Shown here: positions 1 to 9,966 of the stretch, one piece after another
Layout: the number at the start of each line of letters is the position of its first letter
How positions within the stretch are numbered: position 1 is the first letter of the stretch
Assembly (NCBI GenBank): GCA_035374585.1
Contig: DAOSPF010000002.1
Coordinates: 565-64,564, forward strand
Direction of reading: 5' to 3'
DNA length: 64,000 nucleotides
Origin: Bacteroidales bacterium
GTDB taxonomy: Bacteria; Bacteroidota; Bacteroidia; Bacteroidales; DTGW01
Made by a program: the position numbers and the translations under genes
The notes under the pieces: model-generated
The model's input: the letters and a program-made list of their open reading frames with translations, nothing else
Database searches by the model: none
Told to the model about the DNA's origin: nothing

Positions 1-330
1 GCCAGTAAATTTTTGAATGCCTTTAATTCCATGAGTAGCCATAATTACCATTTCGGTATTACCTTCAGAAGCATAACTACTGATAGTTTTAAAAATGCTG
101 CCAACCAAAATTTTAATCAAAGGTTTTATGAAATACGTTTTTTCAAGTTTAGAAGCAACAGCTTCTAATTGTTCTTGAACAGAACTAGCTTCTTTTTCAT
201 TTTTTATAATATGAAGAAGTGTAATACTGTTTCCTGTAATTTTTGACACATTAACAGCATGTGCGTATGCAAACTCACATTTTGGGGAAAAATCCCAAAG
301 TACCAGCAAAGTTTTATCTTTCGCTTCCAT
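1..330 (-). CDS. universal stress protein (UspA family); N-terminal part only, gene runs off the left edge
   Basis: Own minus-strand translation from ATG (cat at 328-330): MEAKDKTLLVLWDFSPKCEFAYAHAVNVSKITGNSITLLHII...NTEMVIMATHGIKGIQKFTG. This is a Usp-like fold pattern. Absent from the ORF track because it is truncated. Confidence 0.65.
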   Translation of the reverse strand, partial: MEAKDKTLLVLWDFSPKCEFAYAHAVNVSKITGNSITLLHIIKNEKEASSVQEQLEAVASKLEKTYFIKPLIKILVGSIFKTISSYASEGNTEMVIMATHGIKGIQKFTG

Positions 331-374
331 TTCCCGTTTTTTCAAATAATCACAAAAGTATTTGATAAAGATAG

Positions 375-382
375 TATTTTTG
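375..382 (+). promoter_or_regulatory. candidate Bacteroidota -7 promoter box TAnnTTTG (TATTTTTG)
   Basis: Exact TAnnTTTG match 39 nt upstream of the ATG at 421. Confidence 0.35.
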
Positions 383-420
383 ATTAACATTACAACAAAA
401 ATGTAATTAGCCTCTAATTT

Positions 421-3400
421 ATGATATTTATTAGCAAAAAGAATTTTTTTTCTTGCTTTTTTTTAGGTTGTTTTATGTTGTTTTGTGCAGTTACATCTGC
501 ACAACAACCTGAAAATAATATCATTCAGGGCTCTCCTTTTATTCAAAACTTTACTTTCCCTGAAAGGTCTTTTTCTTCTGGCAAAATTTCTGTTTTTGAA
601 AGTCCTGATGGCGGGTTTGTTTTGGGAGGAAGAAATAAAATAATACTTTTTTATGGTAACGAATTTATTTCTATGCCGCTAAATGGACAAATTAATGTCA
701 TTGGCGATGATAAAACCTCCTTTTATACAGGGTTTAACACTGTGGGGGTTATAAGGATTTTCAAAAACTCATTACCTAAACTAATACCGTTAGTGGACGA
801 TAAAAAAAATCATAAAAATCGTTTTGGGCAAATAAACAAAGTTTTTATTAACGATAACGTTTTGGTATTTAATAACAGGAAGTATTTATATCAGTCTGTA
901 GATGGGTCAAATATTCAAATCATTGACAGTTCAAAAGTAGAGTTACGCCTTTTTAAAGTAAATAATGCATTACTGGTTACTAAATACGAAAAAGGTATTT
1001 GTCAATTTACACAGGGCATCATTGATAATATCCCTGGTGGAGAACTTTTTAAAAATAAAGATATAGAATGTATTCTGTCATTTTGTGGGGCATTACTGGT
1101 GAAGATAAAAGGCGAAAAAGATTTTTGTGTATTGAAAAACGGGCAAGTTGCCCCTGTTCAATTTGGTTTTGAGGATTTTGTCCAAAAAAATGGATTTTCA
1201 GATGCGGTTATTCTTCCTTCGGGTGATATTGCTATTGCTACAAAGAGTTCTGGGCTTTTAATTTTTAATAAAAAAACTAAAAGCATTGTAAAAATATCTG
1301 TCGAAGACGGTTTGCCAGAGAATTCACTCATTAATTTGTATGTTGACAAAACAGGGAATTTGTGGCTGATGCACAATAAAGGAATTAGCCGGATAGAATT
1401 AAATATCCCTGTTAGTGCATATGGATTTAATGCTGGTCTTTCTGGCAATGTTAATGATATCCTGAAGTTTAAAAACAGATTGTATGTGGCAACTCAAACA
1501 GGGTTGTATTATGCAGGTTTTTCAGGAAACAATAACAAAAAACATTTTGATAATATTAGGTTTAAGCATATTGAAGATATTTCGGGTGAGGTAAATTGTC
1601 TTTTTGTTGAAAAAGGGAATTTGCTATTTACCACACCTAACGGAATTTTTAAATTAAATGATGATAAAGTCAAAACAATTTTTTTCGATGAGATAAAATC
1701 TTTTGAAAGAATTCAATTTCAAAATGAAAGTTTCTTTTGTATTGCAAAAGAAAGTAGTTTGGATGTTTTTAAATATCAAAATGAGCAAATAGATACTGTT
1801 GTTATTATTAACATGGCTGACAACCCTCCATCATTGGTCAATGAAGACAATGGTATTGTGTGGGTGAAGACAGAAAACAACGACTTATTGTACCTTGAGA
1901 AGGATAAGCTGGGAAGCATTGTTTCGGCAAGTGATTTTGTTCAGATAAAAACCTTTTCGGGGAATAATTTTGGAGTCATCAAGACTGAAAGCGGATTACG
2001 TTTTACATTAGCTGAAAAGGTTTTTAGGTATGATAAGTTCCGAAAAATATTTGTTGAAGAAAAAATAACTCTTTTCGGAGTAGAAGAAATACCGAGGCCT
2101 GTAAAGATGATTACCGATGTACATAACAACCAGTGGTATAATCTTTCAGGTTCATTACAAGGGTTGAAAGGTATTTTATTATATCAGAAGATTGGCAGGG
2201 ATAGTGTAAATACTGTATTTTTCAATACAGGTTTAGATGTGAATAAAATCTTTGTAGATACAACAAGTGTATGGATTGCTGCTTCTGACAAATTACTCAG
2301 ATATGACCTTCAAAGAAATTACAAGCCCCAACGGCAGTTTTCGGCTATTATTAAAAGGGTCATCATTGGGCAGGATTCAATATTGCCTGTTGAACTTGAA
2401 GACCCTGAAATCAAATATAGCTTGTCAAATGTTAGGTTTATAGTGTCTTCTACATGTTTCGAAGGCGAGCCTTATATTAGGTATCAACACAGAATATTAG
2501 GAAAGAGCAAAGAATGGTCAGCCTGGGATAGCAAAAGTATTATTACATCAGGGAAACTATCTCCTGGAGACTATACTTTTCAGGTAAGGGCCATTAGTAT
2601 TGAGGGGCGTGTATCTGAAATAACTGAACTCCACTTTACGGTGCTTTCGCCTTTTTATAAAACCATACCAGCCTATGTGGTTTATGTAGTATTGTTAATG
2701 TTTTTGATTTTTGTTGCTTTAAGGTACAAAACATGGAGGTTTATAAAGTATAAAGAAGGGATTGAAAGGATTGTCCAGGAAAGGACCAAAGACATTTTAA
2801 AAGAAAAAGAAAAGAGCGAGATTTTAATAGCTAATCTTTTGCCTAAAGGTACGGCAGATGAGCTAAAACAAACAGGAAAAGCTACTTCGCAGAAATTTAA
2901 CATGGTAACAGTGTTATTTTCTGATATTCAGGGTTTTACTAAAATTGCAGAGCAAATGAACCCTGATGTGCTTATTGACCAGTTAGATGCTTTTTTCTTT
3001 CATTTTGACAGTGTTGTCGAAAAGTATAACATTGAAAAGATTAAGACTATAGGAGATGCATACATGTGTGCCGGCGGTATTCCTGATAAAAACATTACCA
3101 ATCCGGTAGAAGTTGTTTTGGCAGCGTTGGAAATGCAGGAATACATGGCAGGCTTGAAAAAAAATAATTCGGACATTTGGGATTTACGAATTGGGATACA
3201 TACAGGATCTGTTATAGCCGGGGTAGTTGGCCATAAAAAACTTTCGTATGATATTTGGGGTGATACGGTAAATACTGCAAGCCGTATGGAATCGTCTGGA
3301 GAAGCTGGCAAAGTAAACATTTCGGGCCAAACATACGAGTTGGTTAAAGATTTTTTTATTTGCGAATATCGAGGCAAGATGCCTGTCAAATATAAAGGCG

Positions 3401-4083
3401 AGATTGATATGTACTTTGTAAAAAGTATAAGGCCCGAATTGTCAATAGATATGCACATACAGCCCAATAAAAAGTTTTTTATTATGTTACAGTTGTTGAG
3501 GCTTCAGGATGTTCAAGACGAGGTGATAGAAAAATTAATAAATGGGCTTCCTAAAAACCTTTACTTCCATAATGTAGAAAGGGTCAAAGAATTGTTTAAC
3601 CTTGTAGATTTATATAGTAGGGCAGAGGAAATGAGCGATGAAGATAAGCTTGTTGTAAAAACGGCTGCATTGCTTGCAGATGTTGGTTACATCCAGTCAT
3701 ATGATGAACATGAAGAGTACAGTATTGAGTTTGCCAAAGATTTTTTGCCACGTTTCAAATACAACCAGGAACAAATAGAAAAAATATGTGCCCTTATTGA
3801 TATAACCAAGCAGAATCGGAAGCCTCAAAATAAGCTTGAAGAAATATTGCTTGATGCAGAGATGAACTATTTGTCGCGGGCTGATTTTGTCAGTCTTAAT
3901 GAACAATTGTTTAAAGAGCAGCTCGAACATGGGAAAATAGAATCGAAGGAAGATTGGGTCAAGATGCAGGTGGTTTTGCTTTCTAACCATAAATATTATA
4001 CCCAGGTGGCCAATGTGTTAAGAGATGTTAATCCTGACTCCCAAATTGAAAATTTGCTTCAAAACCTGCAAAAAAACACCTAA
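421..4083 (+). CDS. membrane sensor: periplasmic two-component-regulator propeller repeats + Y_Y_Y domain, TM helix, class III adenylate cyclase, C-terminal degenerate HD-like domain
   Basis: 1220-aa ORF. Y_Y_Y signature (LSPGDYTFQVRAIS), TM (IPAYVVYVVLLMFLIFVAL), cyclase motifs (VLFSDIQGFT, KTIGDAYMCAGG, YDIWGDTVNTASRMES). The tail reads FHNVER and LLADVGY where the HD family has H...HD. Confidence 0.85.
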   Translation: MIFISKKNFFSCFFLGCFMLFCAVTSAQQPENNIIQGSPFIQNFTFPERSFSSGKISVFESPDGGFVLGGRNKIILFYGNEFISMPLNGQINVIGDDKTSFYTGFNTVGVIRIFKNSLPKLIPLVDDKKNHKNRFGQINKVFINDNVLVFNNRKYLYQSVDGSNIQIIDSSKVELRLFKVNNALLVTKYEKGICQFTQGIIDNIPGGELFKNKDIECILSFCGALLVKIKGEKDFCVLKNGQVAPVQFGFEDFVQKNGFSDAVILPSGDIAIATKSSGLLIFNKKTKSIVKISVEDGLPENSLINLYVDKTGNLWLMHNKGISRIELNIPVSAYGFNAGLSGNVNDILKFKNRLYVATQTGLYYAGFSGNNNKKHFDNIRFKHIEDISGEVNCLFVEKGNLLFTTPNGIFKLNDDKVKTIFFDEIKSFERIQFQNESFFCIAKESSLDVFKYQNEQIDTVVIINMADNPPSLVNEDNGIVWVKTENNDLLYLEKDKLGSIVSASDFVQIKTFSGNNFGVIKTESGLRFTLAEKVFRYDKFRKIFVEEKITLFGVEEIPRPVKMITDVHNNQWYNLSGSLQGLKGILLYQKIGRDSVNTVFFNTGLDVNKIFVDTTSVWIAASDKLLRYDLQRNYKPQRQFSAIIKRVIIGQDSILPVELEDPEIKYSLSNVRFIVSSTCFEGEPYIRYQHRILGKSKEWSAWDSKSIITSGKLSPGDYTFQVRAISIEGRVSEITELHFTVLSPFYKTIPAYVVYVVLLMFLIFVALRYKTWRFIKYKEGIERIVQERTKDILKEKEKSEILIANLLPKGTADELKQTGKATSQKFNMVTVLFSDIQGFTKIAEQMNPDVLIDQLDAFFFHFDSVVEKYNIEKIKTIGDAYMCAGGIPDKNITNPVEVVLAALEMQEYMAGLKKNNSDIWDLRIGIHTGSVIAGVVGHKKLSYDIWGDTVNTASRMESSGEAGKVNISGQTYELVKDFFICEYRGKMPVKYKGEIDMYFVKSIRPELSIDMHIQPNKKFFIMLQLLRLQDVQDEVIEKLINGLPKNLYFHNVERVKELFNLVDLYSRAEEMSDEDKLVVKTAALLADVGYIQSYDEHEEYSIEFAKDFLPRFKYNQEQIEKICALIDITKQNRKPQNKLEEILLDAEMNYLSRADFVSLNEQLFKEQLEHGKIESKEDWVKMQVVLLSNHKYYTQVANVLRDVNPDSQIENLLQNLQKNT

Positions 4084-4100
4084 GGTTTTTGAAAAACGTT

Positions 4101-4108
4101 TACCTTTG
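4101..4108 (+). promoter_or_regulatory. candidate -7 promoter box TAnnTTTG (TACCTTTG)
   Basis: Exact motif 18 nt after the cyclase stop and upstream of ilvE. Confidence 0.4.
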
Positions 4109-4140
4109 ATAGCTCAATATTTTAGGCTTAATGGCTGGTG

Positions 4141-5334
4141 ATGGAAGTGCAACCAGTTATTTTGAATATTGATAAAATGGAAGCTTATAATTTTAATACA
4201 ATGGAAACAATGGATTGGAAAAATCTGCCTTTTGGTTATCAAAAGACAGATTACAACGTTAGATGTTACTGGAGGGATGGTAACTGGGGGAGACTCGAGA
4301 TTTGTTCATCAGAGTTCATTCATATGCACATGGCAGCTACTTGTTTGCATTATGGACAAGAAGCATTTGAAGGGCTTAAGGCCTATCGTGGAGCTGATAA
4401 CCAAATCAGGCTTTTCAGGCTTGAAGAAAATGCAAAAAGGATGGCAGAGACTGCCGAATACATTTTAATGCAAAAAGTGCCGGTTGAATTGTTTAGAGAT
4501 GCTGTAATTAAAGCTGTTCAGTTAAACGAAAGGTTTGTACCTCCATATGGTACGGGGGCTACTTTGTATGTTCGGCCTCTTTTAATTGGAACTGGTGCTG
4601 AAGTTGGAGTTAAGCCTGCTAAAGAATATCTTTTTTTGGTTTTTGTGACTCCTGTGGGAGCTTATTTTAAAGAAGGCTTTAAACCTACAGATATGGTAAT
4701 ATGCAGAGAATATGACCGAGCAGCTCCTCTTGGGACAGGGCATGTAAAAGTTGGGGGAAATTATGCCGCCAGTTTACTGTCACTTAAAAAAGCTCATGAT
4801 GAAGGGTATTCGTCGGCCATTTATCTTGATGCCAGAGAGAAAAAGTACATTGATGAAAGTGGCCCGGCAAATTTTTTTGGAATAAAAGATAACAAGTACA
4901 TTACTCCTCGTTCGCGTTCAATATTGCCATCTATTACTAATAATAGTTTGATGGTTCTTGCCAAAGATATGGGAATGGAAGTGGAGCAACGGCAAATAGA
5001 AATATCAGAACTGAGTACTTTTGAAGAGGCAGGAGCTTGCGGTACTGCAGCTGTTATCTCGCCAATCAGGAGTATTACAGACCCTCAGATGGAAAAGGTT
5101 TATGTTTTTAGCAAAGATGGCAAAGCAGGTCCAGTTTGCCAGAAGCTTTATTCTCGTCTTACTGCAATACAATTTGGAGATGAGCCTGATAAATTTGGGT
5201 GGATCACCATTGTTGAACCAACAGAAACAAATACCATATCTAAATATAAAATGGAATTGAAAGAAATAATGCATTCTGTTGCTGCCAATGTTAAGAATTA
5301 CGCAAACAAAAGGGCAAAAAATAAAACGAAATAA
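4141..5334 (+). CDS. ilvE: branched-chain amino acid aminotransferase (class IV)
   Basis: MDWKNLPFGYQKTDYNVRCYW..., EGLKAYRG, GTGATLYVRPLLIG, GGNYAASL motifs. True start may be the ATG at 4201 (METMDWKNL). Carries a ~40-aa Lys-rich C-terminal tail. Confidence 0.9.
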   Translation: MEVQPVILNIDKMEAYNFNTMETMDWKNLPFGYQKTDYNVRCYWRDGNWGRLEICSSEFIHMHMAATCLHYGQEAFEGLKAYRGADNQIRLFRLEENAKRMAETAEYILMQKVPVELFRDAVIKAVQLNERFVPPYGTGATLYVRPLLIGTGAEVGVKPAKEYLFLVFVTPVGAYFKEGFKPTDMVICREYDRAAPLGTGHVKVGGNYAASLLSLKKAHDEGYSSAIYLDAREKKYIDESGPANFFGIKDNKYITPRSRSILPSITNNSLMVLAKDMGMEVEQRQIEISELSTFEEAGACGTAAVISPIRSITDPQMEKVYVFSKDGKAGPVCQKLYSRLTAIQFGDEPDKFGWITIVEPTETNTISKYKMELKEIMHSVAANVKNYANKRAKNKTK

Positions 5335-5339
5335 ATACC

Positions 5340-6215
5340 ATGTCCGGCAATCCAAATAAAGATAGCTATAGAAGGCTCAGGAGTTCGTATGTAACTTCTA
5401 CTATAAGCCTTACGCTTGTGCTTTTATTGTTGGGTATTGTTGGTTTGCTGATATTAAATGCTAAAAAGCTTTCAGACGTAGTAAAGGAAAATATCAACTT
5501 TACGATAGTCCTTAAACCAAATGTAGAGGAAGCTGATATTTTGAAACTTCAAAAGCAGATAGACCTTTTGCAGTATGTTAAATCTACCCGATATCTAACA
5601 AAGGAAAAGGCAGCTGAAGAGTTTTCAAAAGATTTGGGAGAAGATTTCGTCTCATTTTTAGGTTTCAATCCTTTACTTTCAAGTATTGAAGTGAAAATGC
5701 ATGCTCAATATGCTAATGAACAGTATGTAAAACTATTTGAAAACAAGCTTAAAAGTTATCCTGTTGTTAGAGAAGTTATTTATGAAAAATCGTTAATTCA
5801 TTTGGTGAATGAAAATGTCAGGAAAATAAGTCTTGTTATTCTTACATTTTCGGCATTGTTGTTTTTGATAGCTGTTGCCCTTATTAATAATACTGTAAGA
5901 CTGTTAGTTCATTCGAGGCGTTTTACAATTCGTACTATGCAGCTTGTAGGAGCAACAAAAAGTTTTATCCGCAAACCATTTTTGTTCAAAAGTATGGTGC
6001 TTGGCTTTATGGCTTCCACAATTTCGATAGTTGCAATTTCGGGGATATTGATATATACCGAGCGTAATTTTAGTGATATGAGTTTGCTTGTAGATTTTAG
6101 GTTGCTCTATTATCTGTTTGGCGGATTAATTGTATTAGGTATAATGATAAACCTGATAAGCACTTTTTTTGCATTAAATAAATATCTAAATATTCAAAAA
6201 AACAATCTTTATTAA
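5340..6215 (+). CDS. ftsX: cell division permease-like protein FtsX
   Basis: 291 aa: N-terminal TM, extracytoplasmic domain, then three C-terminal TMs (FtsX topology); RTMQLVGAT motif. Confidence 0.8.
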   Translation: MSGNPNKDSYRRLRSSYVTSTISLTLVLLLLGIVGLLILNAKKLSDVVKENINFTIVLKPNVEEADILKLQKQIDLLQYVKSTRYLTKEKAAEEFSKDLGEDFVSFLGFNPLLSSIEVKMHAQYANEQYVKLFENKLKSYPVVREVIYEKSLIHLVNENVRKISLVILTFSALLFLIAVALINNTVRLLVHSRRFTIRTMQLVGATKSFIRKPFLFKSMVLGFMASTISIVAISGILIYTERNFSDMSLLVDFRLLYYLFGGLIVLGIMINLISTFFALNKYLNIQKNNLY

Positions 6216-6224
6216 AAATAAACT

Positions 6225-6485
6225 ATGGCAAAGGCAATAAATAAAAAAGAAAGCGAAGCAAAAGTTGATTTTGCTTTTGGAAAAATAAATTACATATTGA
6301 TGGTAGTAGGAGTTGTGATTATCTTTATTGGTTATCTGCTTATGATGGGTGGAAAATCTGAAGATCCAAACGTTTTTAATGCTGACGAAATATTCAGTTT
6401 TCGTCGGGTTACACTTGCACCCATTGTTGTTCTTTTAGGATTTGCTTTTGAAATTTATGCAATTATGAAAAAGCCCGTGGAATAG
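6225..6485 (+). CDS. small two-TM membrane protein (DUF3098-like, typically follows ftsX in Bacteroidota)
   Basis: 86 aa with two hydrophobic helices, located directly after ftsX. Confidence 0.6.
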   Translation: MAKAINKKESEAKVDFAFGKINYILMVVGVVIIFIGYLLMMGGKSEDPNVFNADEIFSFRRVTLAPIVVLLGFAFEIYAIMKKPVE

Positions 6486-6498
6486 CCACAGGGCTTTT
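6468..6498. terminator. bidirectional hairpin between convergent genes
   Basis: aaaagcccgtgg-aatag-ccacagggctttt: about 10-bp stem with one bulge, A-run before and T-run after; it spans both stop codons. Confidence 0.5.
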
Positions 6499-7027
6499 AT
6501 TGGATTTTTCCTTTGTAATTTTTTTCAAATTCTTCAAGGGAGGTAAATTTATATTTTTCTTCGGCTATAAAATGTAGTATAGTTTCCATTTGCATGGCAT
6601 TTTTATAACCCGGGATAGGCCCAAGGTATTCAAATCTTTCAGTCATATAAACAATAGTAGGGTATGAGGGCCGCCATCCTAATAATGACAAAGCTAAGGG
6701 GTGAGTCCTTGAGCCGAAATTAATATATTTGCTGCCTAAAAAAGTAATTGTATCTTTTGTTTCTGCATTGAACTTGACAGGGTAAAAATACTTGTTGAGA
6801 TATTTTGCAATTTCAGGGTGTTGAAATGTTTCTTTATCCATCTTCTTGCACCAGCCACACCAATCGGTATATGCATCTATCAAAATCTTTTTGGGATTTG
6901 TTTTGCATAGTGTTTCTGCTTGTTCAAGAGATAACCACATTACTTTCGTCGAATCGATAGCTGCCTTTTGCTGGGCTAAACCATATAAAGGCAGAGCTAC
7001 TGCAATTAAAATAAAGAGTTTTTTCAT
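6497..7027 (-). CDS. exported thioredoxin-fold protein
   Basis: Signal peptide (MKKLFILIAVALPLYGLAQ) and a WCGWC redox motif. Confidence 0.75.
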   Translation of the reverse strand: MKKLFILIAVALPLYGLAQQKAAIDSTKVMWLSLEQAETLCKTNPKKILIDAYTDWCGWCKKMDKETFQHPEIAKYLNKYFYPVKFNAETKDTITFLGSKYINFGSRTHPLALSLLGWRPSYPTIVYMTERFEYLGPIPGYKNAMQMETILHFIAEEKYKFTSLEEFEKNYKGKIQ

Positions 7028-7088
7028 CCTTGTTTGTGTTTAACGAACCATGCTCGTTGTTTTATTGATAAAATTTTTTTCAAATATA

Positions 7089-8537
7089 TTAAAATAAAGG
7101 ACTTAACAACCTTGCCAGAGATTCTTTGGCTGCATTAATCCAAGGTCGGTTGGACCATTCTTCAATGGAGTAAACTACGCAAGACTGTAAATCCTTAAGG
7201 TAATGGGCTTCCAGTCGGTTTGTCAATTCTTCATCATAAATGATTGCATTTACTTCAAAATTTTGGTCAAAGCTACGGATGTCCATGTTGGCTGTACCTA
7301 TTGAGGCAACTACTCCATCAACAAGCATAAGCTTGGAGTGGTTGAATCCTTTGGCATAGAAATATATCTTTACCCCGGCTTCGAGCAAATCGGCTACAAA
7401 AGACAGGGTGCTTCTGTAAACTACGTGTGAGTCAGATTTGTATGGGAGCATGATGCGAACATCTATACCGCTTAGGGCTGCTGTTTTCAGTGCAGTAAGT
7501 ATGCTTTCGTTAGGGATAAAATATGGTGTAGCAATGTAAATGTGGTCAGTAGCGGTTACGATAGCCGAAAAATAAGCCTGCATGATACTTGCCCAATCCG
7601 AATCAGGGCCGCTGGCAGTAATTTGGACTATCTTTTTTTCGTTTATTTGGCAGGGTGGGAAAAACCTGTCATCGTTGATGGCTTGGTTGGTAACAAAGTA
7701 CCAGTCAATGAGAAATATTGTTTGTAATGAATGCGCAGCTTCTCCTTCAATACGAAGCTGCATGTCTTTCCACGACCCAAGTTCGGCAACCCCTTCAATA
7801 TAGCGGTCGGCAATATTCATTCCTCCAACATGGCCAATATTCCCGTCAACAACAATAATTTTTCTGTGGTTGCGGTAATTGATTTTATTAGTGAAATAAG
7901 GAAAGCGAACAGGTAAAAAAGCATGTACTTCAACACCTGCAGCAATTAATGGTTGTAGAAATTTTTTGCCAAGACCCCAGCTGCCCAAATCGTCATAAAT
8001 CAACCTGACTTCTACTCCTTCTTTGGCTTTACTGACAAGTAAATCACGAATTTGGTTACCTATTTTGTCTTCTTCAATGATATAATATTCGAGGTGGATA
8101 TGGCTTTTTGCATTTGTTATGTCGCTGATAATGATGTCAAATGCATCTCTGCCTGATGTATATATGTGAAGTTGGTTGTTTTCGGTTAGCATTGCTTTGC
8201 TGTTATTGAGCAAAAGCTTCATTATTTGTGTTTTGCTTTGTAATTTTTCGCTTAACAAAGCGGCATGTTTGTCTAAGTGCTGCATTTGAATATGACTGAA
8301 ATCGCGCATACGTTCAAAGTCGCTCAGTCCTTTGCGGTTGAAAATTTTTTGTCGGCGATAATTTTGCCCAAAATAAAAATAGAGAATGATTCCGGCAATA
8401 GGGATAAGAATAATCACCAAAAGCCATGATATTGTTTTAAGAGGTTCGCCCCGCTGCTTGATTACCAGGTAAATAATAAACGAAACAGTAATAGAATATA
8501 GAATTATGAGATAATTTTCAGCCAGGAACCGCAGCAT
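7089..8537 (-). CDS. cls: cardiolipin synthase
   Basis: Two N-terminal TMs and two HKD motifs (HRKIIVVDG, HSKLMLVDG). Confidence 0.9.
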   Translation of the reverse strand: MLRFLAENYLIILYSITVSFIIYLVIKQRGEPLKTISWLLVIILIPIAGIILYFYFGQNYRRQKIFNRKGLSDFERMRDFSHIQMQHLDKHAALLSEKLQSKTQIMKLLLNNSKAMLTENNQLHIYTSGRDAFDIIISDITNAKSHIHLEYYIIEEDKIGNQIRDLLVSKAKEGVEVRLIYDDLGSWGLGKKFLQPLIAAGVEVHAFLPVRFPYFTNKINYRNHRKIIVVDGNIGHVGGMNIADRYIEGVAELGSWKDMQLRIEGEAAHSLQTIFLIDWYFVTNQAINDDRFFPPCQINEKKIVQITASGPDSDWASIMQAYFSAIVTATDHIYIATPYFIPNESILTALKTAALSGIDVRIMLPYKSDSHVVYRSTLSFVADLLEAGVKIYFYAKGFNHSKLMLVDGVVASIGTANMDIRSFDQNFEVNAIIYDEELTNRLEAHYLKDLQSCVVYSIEEWSNRPWINAAKESLARLLSPLF

Positions 8538-8539
8538 AA

Positions 8540-9415
8540 TTACTTTTTGTTTGGGTTAAAAAGCTGCTCGCGGTACGAAAGCATCGGGATCTTGATGTAA
8601 TGGGCTATTTTTTCGGTAGCATCAATTTCAAGTAAGGACTTGAAGAAGCCTTCGTGTTCTTTGAGCATCAATAGGATGTCAGCGTTGTCAGCGTCTAAAG
8701 CGTCTAAAATCCCTTTTACAACTGGCTTTGCTTGGATTTGTTTATATGAAAGGCATTTACAATTTATACTTTCTGCTATTTTCTGCTTGAAACCTGTCAT
8801 TTTTAATTCGGCATTGAAATCAATCGGTTTTGGTGAAACGTGCAAAATCTGTATATCTGGTTGTTTGTTTTTTGAAAGCTTTAGGAAAGATTGCAGAAGT
8901 GCAATGTCTGCCTTGTTAAAGTCAGTAGCAAAAACAAGTTTCTCAATGGGTTTGTAACTGGCATTTGAAGGTACTACCATTACCGGGCACATTGATTCGG
9001 ATATTATGCTTGATATTGTATTGTGTGTAAAGCGTGTGATTAAGTCCTGTGACCTGGAAACAGCTAAAATCAACAGTTCTATTTCTTCAGTAGCAGACTC
9101 TGATATGACTTCATTGACCAGGTGCCCTGCAATAACTTTTTTATTGAAAGGAACAGAAGCCGGAAGAGAAGGGTTTATTTCCTGAATAAGGTTTTCAAAA
9201 GAGGTCATAGCAGACTCTTCCATCATTTTTATATTATCAGAAGGGAGTATTGATGAAATAAGCTCTGCTTCGGAAGCTCCAGCCGCAAATTTGTATATTT
9301 CAAGCACATGAAGCAGCTCAACAGACAAGCCTAAGTCTTTGGCCAACTGAAACCCGTATAAAATAGAATTTTTAGAAATGTCTGAGAAATCTGTTGGTAT
9401 AAGTATCTTTTTCAT
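8540..9415 (-). CDS. tandem-domain universal stress protein
   Basis: 291 aa; MKKILIPTDFSD start and two Usp-like halves (VLHV..., ILHVSP...). Confidence 0.7.
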   Translation of the reverse strand: MKKILIPTDFSDISKNSILYGFQLAKDLGLSVELLHVLEIYKFAAGASEAELISSILPSDNIKMMEESAMTSFENLIQEINPSLPASVPFNKKVIAGHLVNEVISESATEEIELLILAVSRSQDLITRFTHNTISSIISESMCPVMVVPSNASYKPIEKLVFATDFNKADIALLQSFLKLSKNKQPDIQILHVSPKPIDFNAELKMTGFKQKIAESINCKCLSYKQIQAKPVVKGILDALDADNADILLMLKEHEGFFKSLLEIDATEKIAHYIKIPMLSYREQLFNPNKK

Positions 9416-9495
9416 GGCTAATATTTTTAAAGGTCACAATTTTAGCAAAAATATTAATAAAGCCTAATAAAGATACAAAACTTCATCAGTAAAAC

Positions 9496-9864
9496 CTATT
9501 TTTTAAATATAAAATAAACGGCCAAAATCAAGAAAATAAAACCAATCAGGTGGTTTAACCTGAATGTTTCGTTTCTGAACAACAGGGTGGTAAAAATTAT
9601 AAATACCGTGAGGGTAATTACTTCCTGTATTACTTTCAATTCAACTAAAGTAAAAGGGCCCCCGTTTTCTTTGTAGCCAATACGGTTGGCCGGCACCTGA
9701 AAAAAATATTCAAAGAGGGCGATGCCCCAACTTATCAAAATTACTGCCAGCAGAGACAAAGATGAAAACCATTTCATTTCTTTGAATTTCAGGTGGCCAT
9801 ACCACGCCATGGTCATGAATGCATTAGAAGTGACCAAAAGAAGTATAGAATACAAGCCTTTCAT
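9496..9864 (-). CDS. DMT-superfamily small membrane protein (DUF486-like)
   Basis: Four hydrophobic helices. Start moved to the ATG at 9864 (MKGLYSILLL) because the longer ORF overlaps the gltX promoter region. Confidence 0.55.
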   Translation of the reverse strand: MKGLYSILLLVTSNAFMTMAWYGHLKFKEMKWFSSLSLLAVILISWGIALFEYFFQVPANRIGYKENGGPFTLVELKVIQEVITLTVFIIFTTLLFRNETFRLNHLIGFIFLILAVYFIFKK

Positions 9865-9941
9865 ATACAAATACTTAAAATTGACGGGTGCAAAATTATC
9901 GATTTCATTGTTTTTAAAACAACTTAAATGATGATTCAAAT

Positions 9942-9949
9942 TATCTTTG
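9942..9949 (+). promoter_or_regulatory. candidate -7 promoter box TAnnTTTG (TATCTTTG)
   Basis: Exact motif 18 nt upstream of the gltX ATG at 9967. Confidence 0.45.
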
Positions 9950-9966
9950 TGCAAAATTTTAACACT

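Noticed and set aside
3000-3467. 155-aa antisense ORF inside the cyclase domain region
   Set aside because: It sits opposite the best-supported part of the sensor-cyclase gene (catalytic motifs on the plus strand). No signal of its own.
5215-5334. Lys-rich ~40-aa C-terminal tail on IlvE as a separate domain or fused small gene
   Set aside because: It is continuous in frame, with no internal start signal or motif. It is probably a lineage-specific disordered tail, noted only in the feature evidence.
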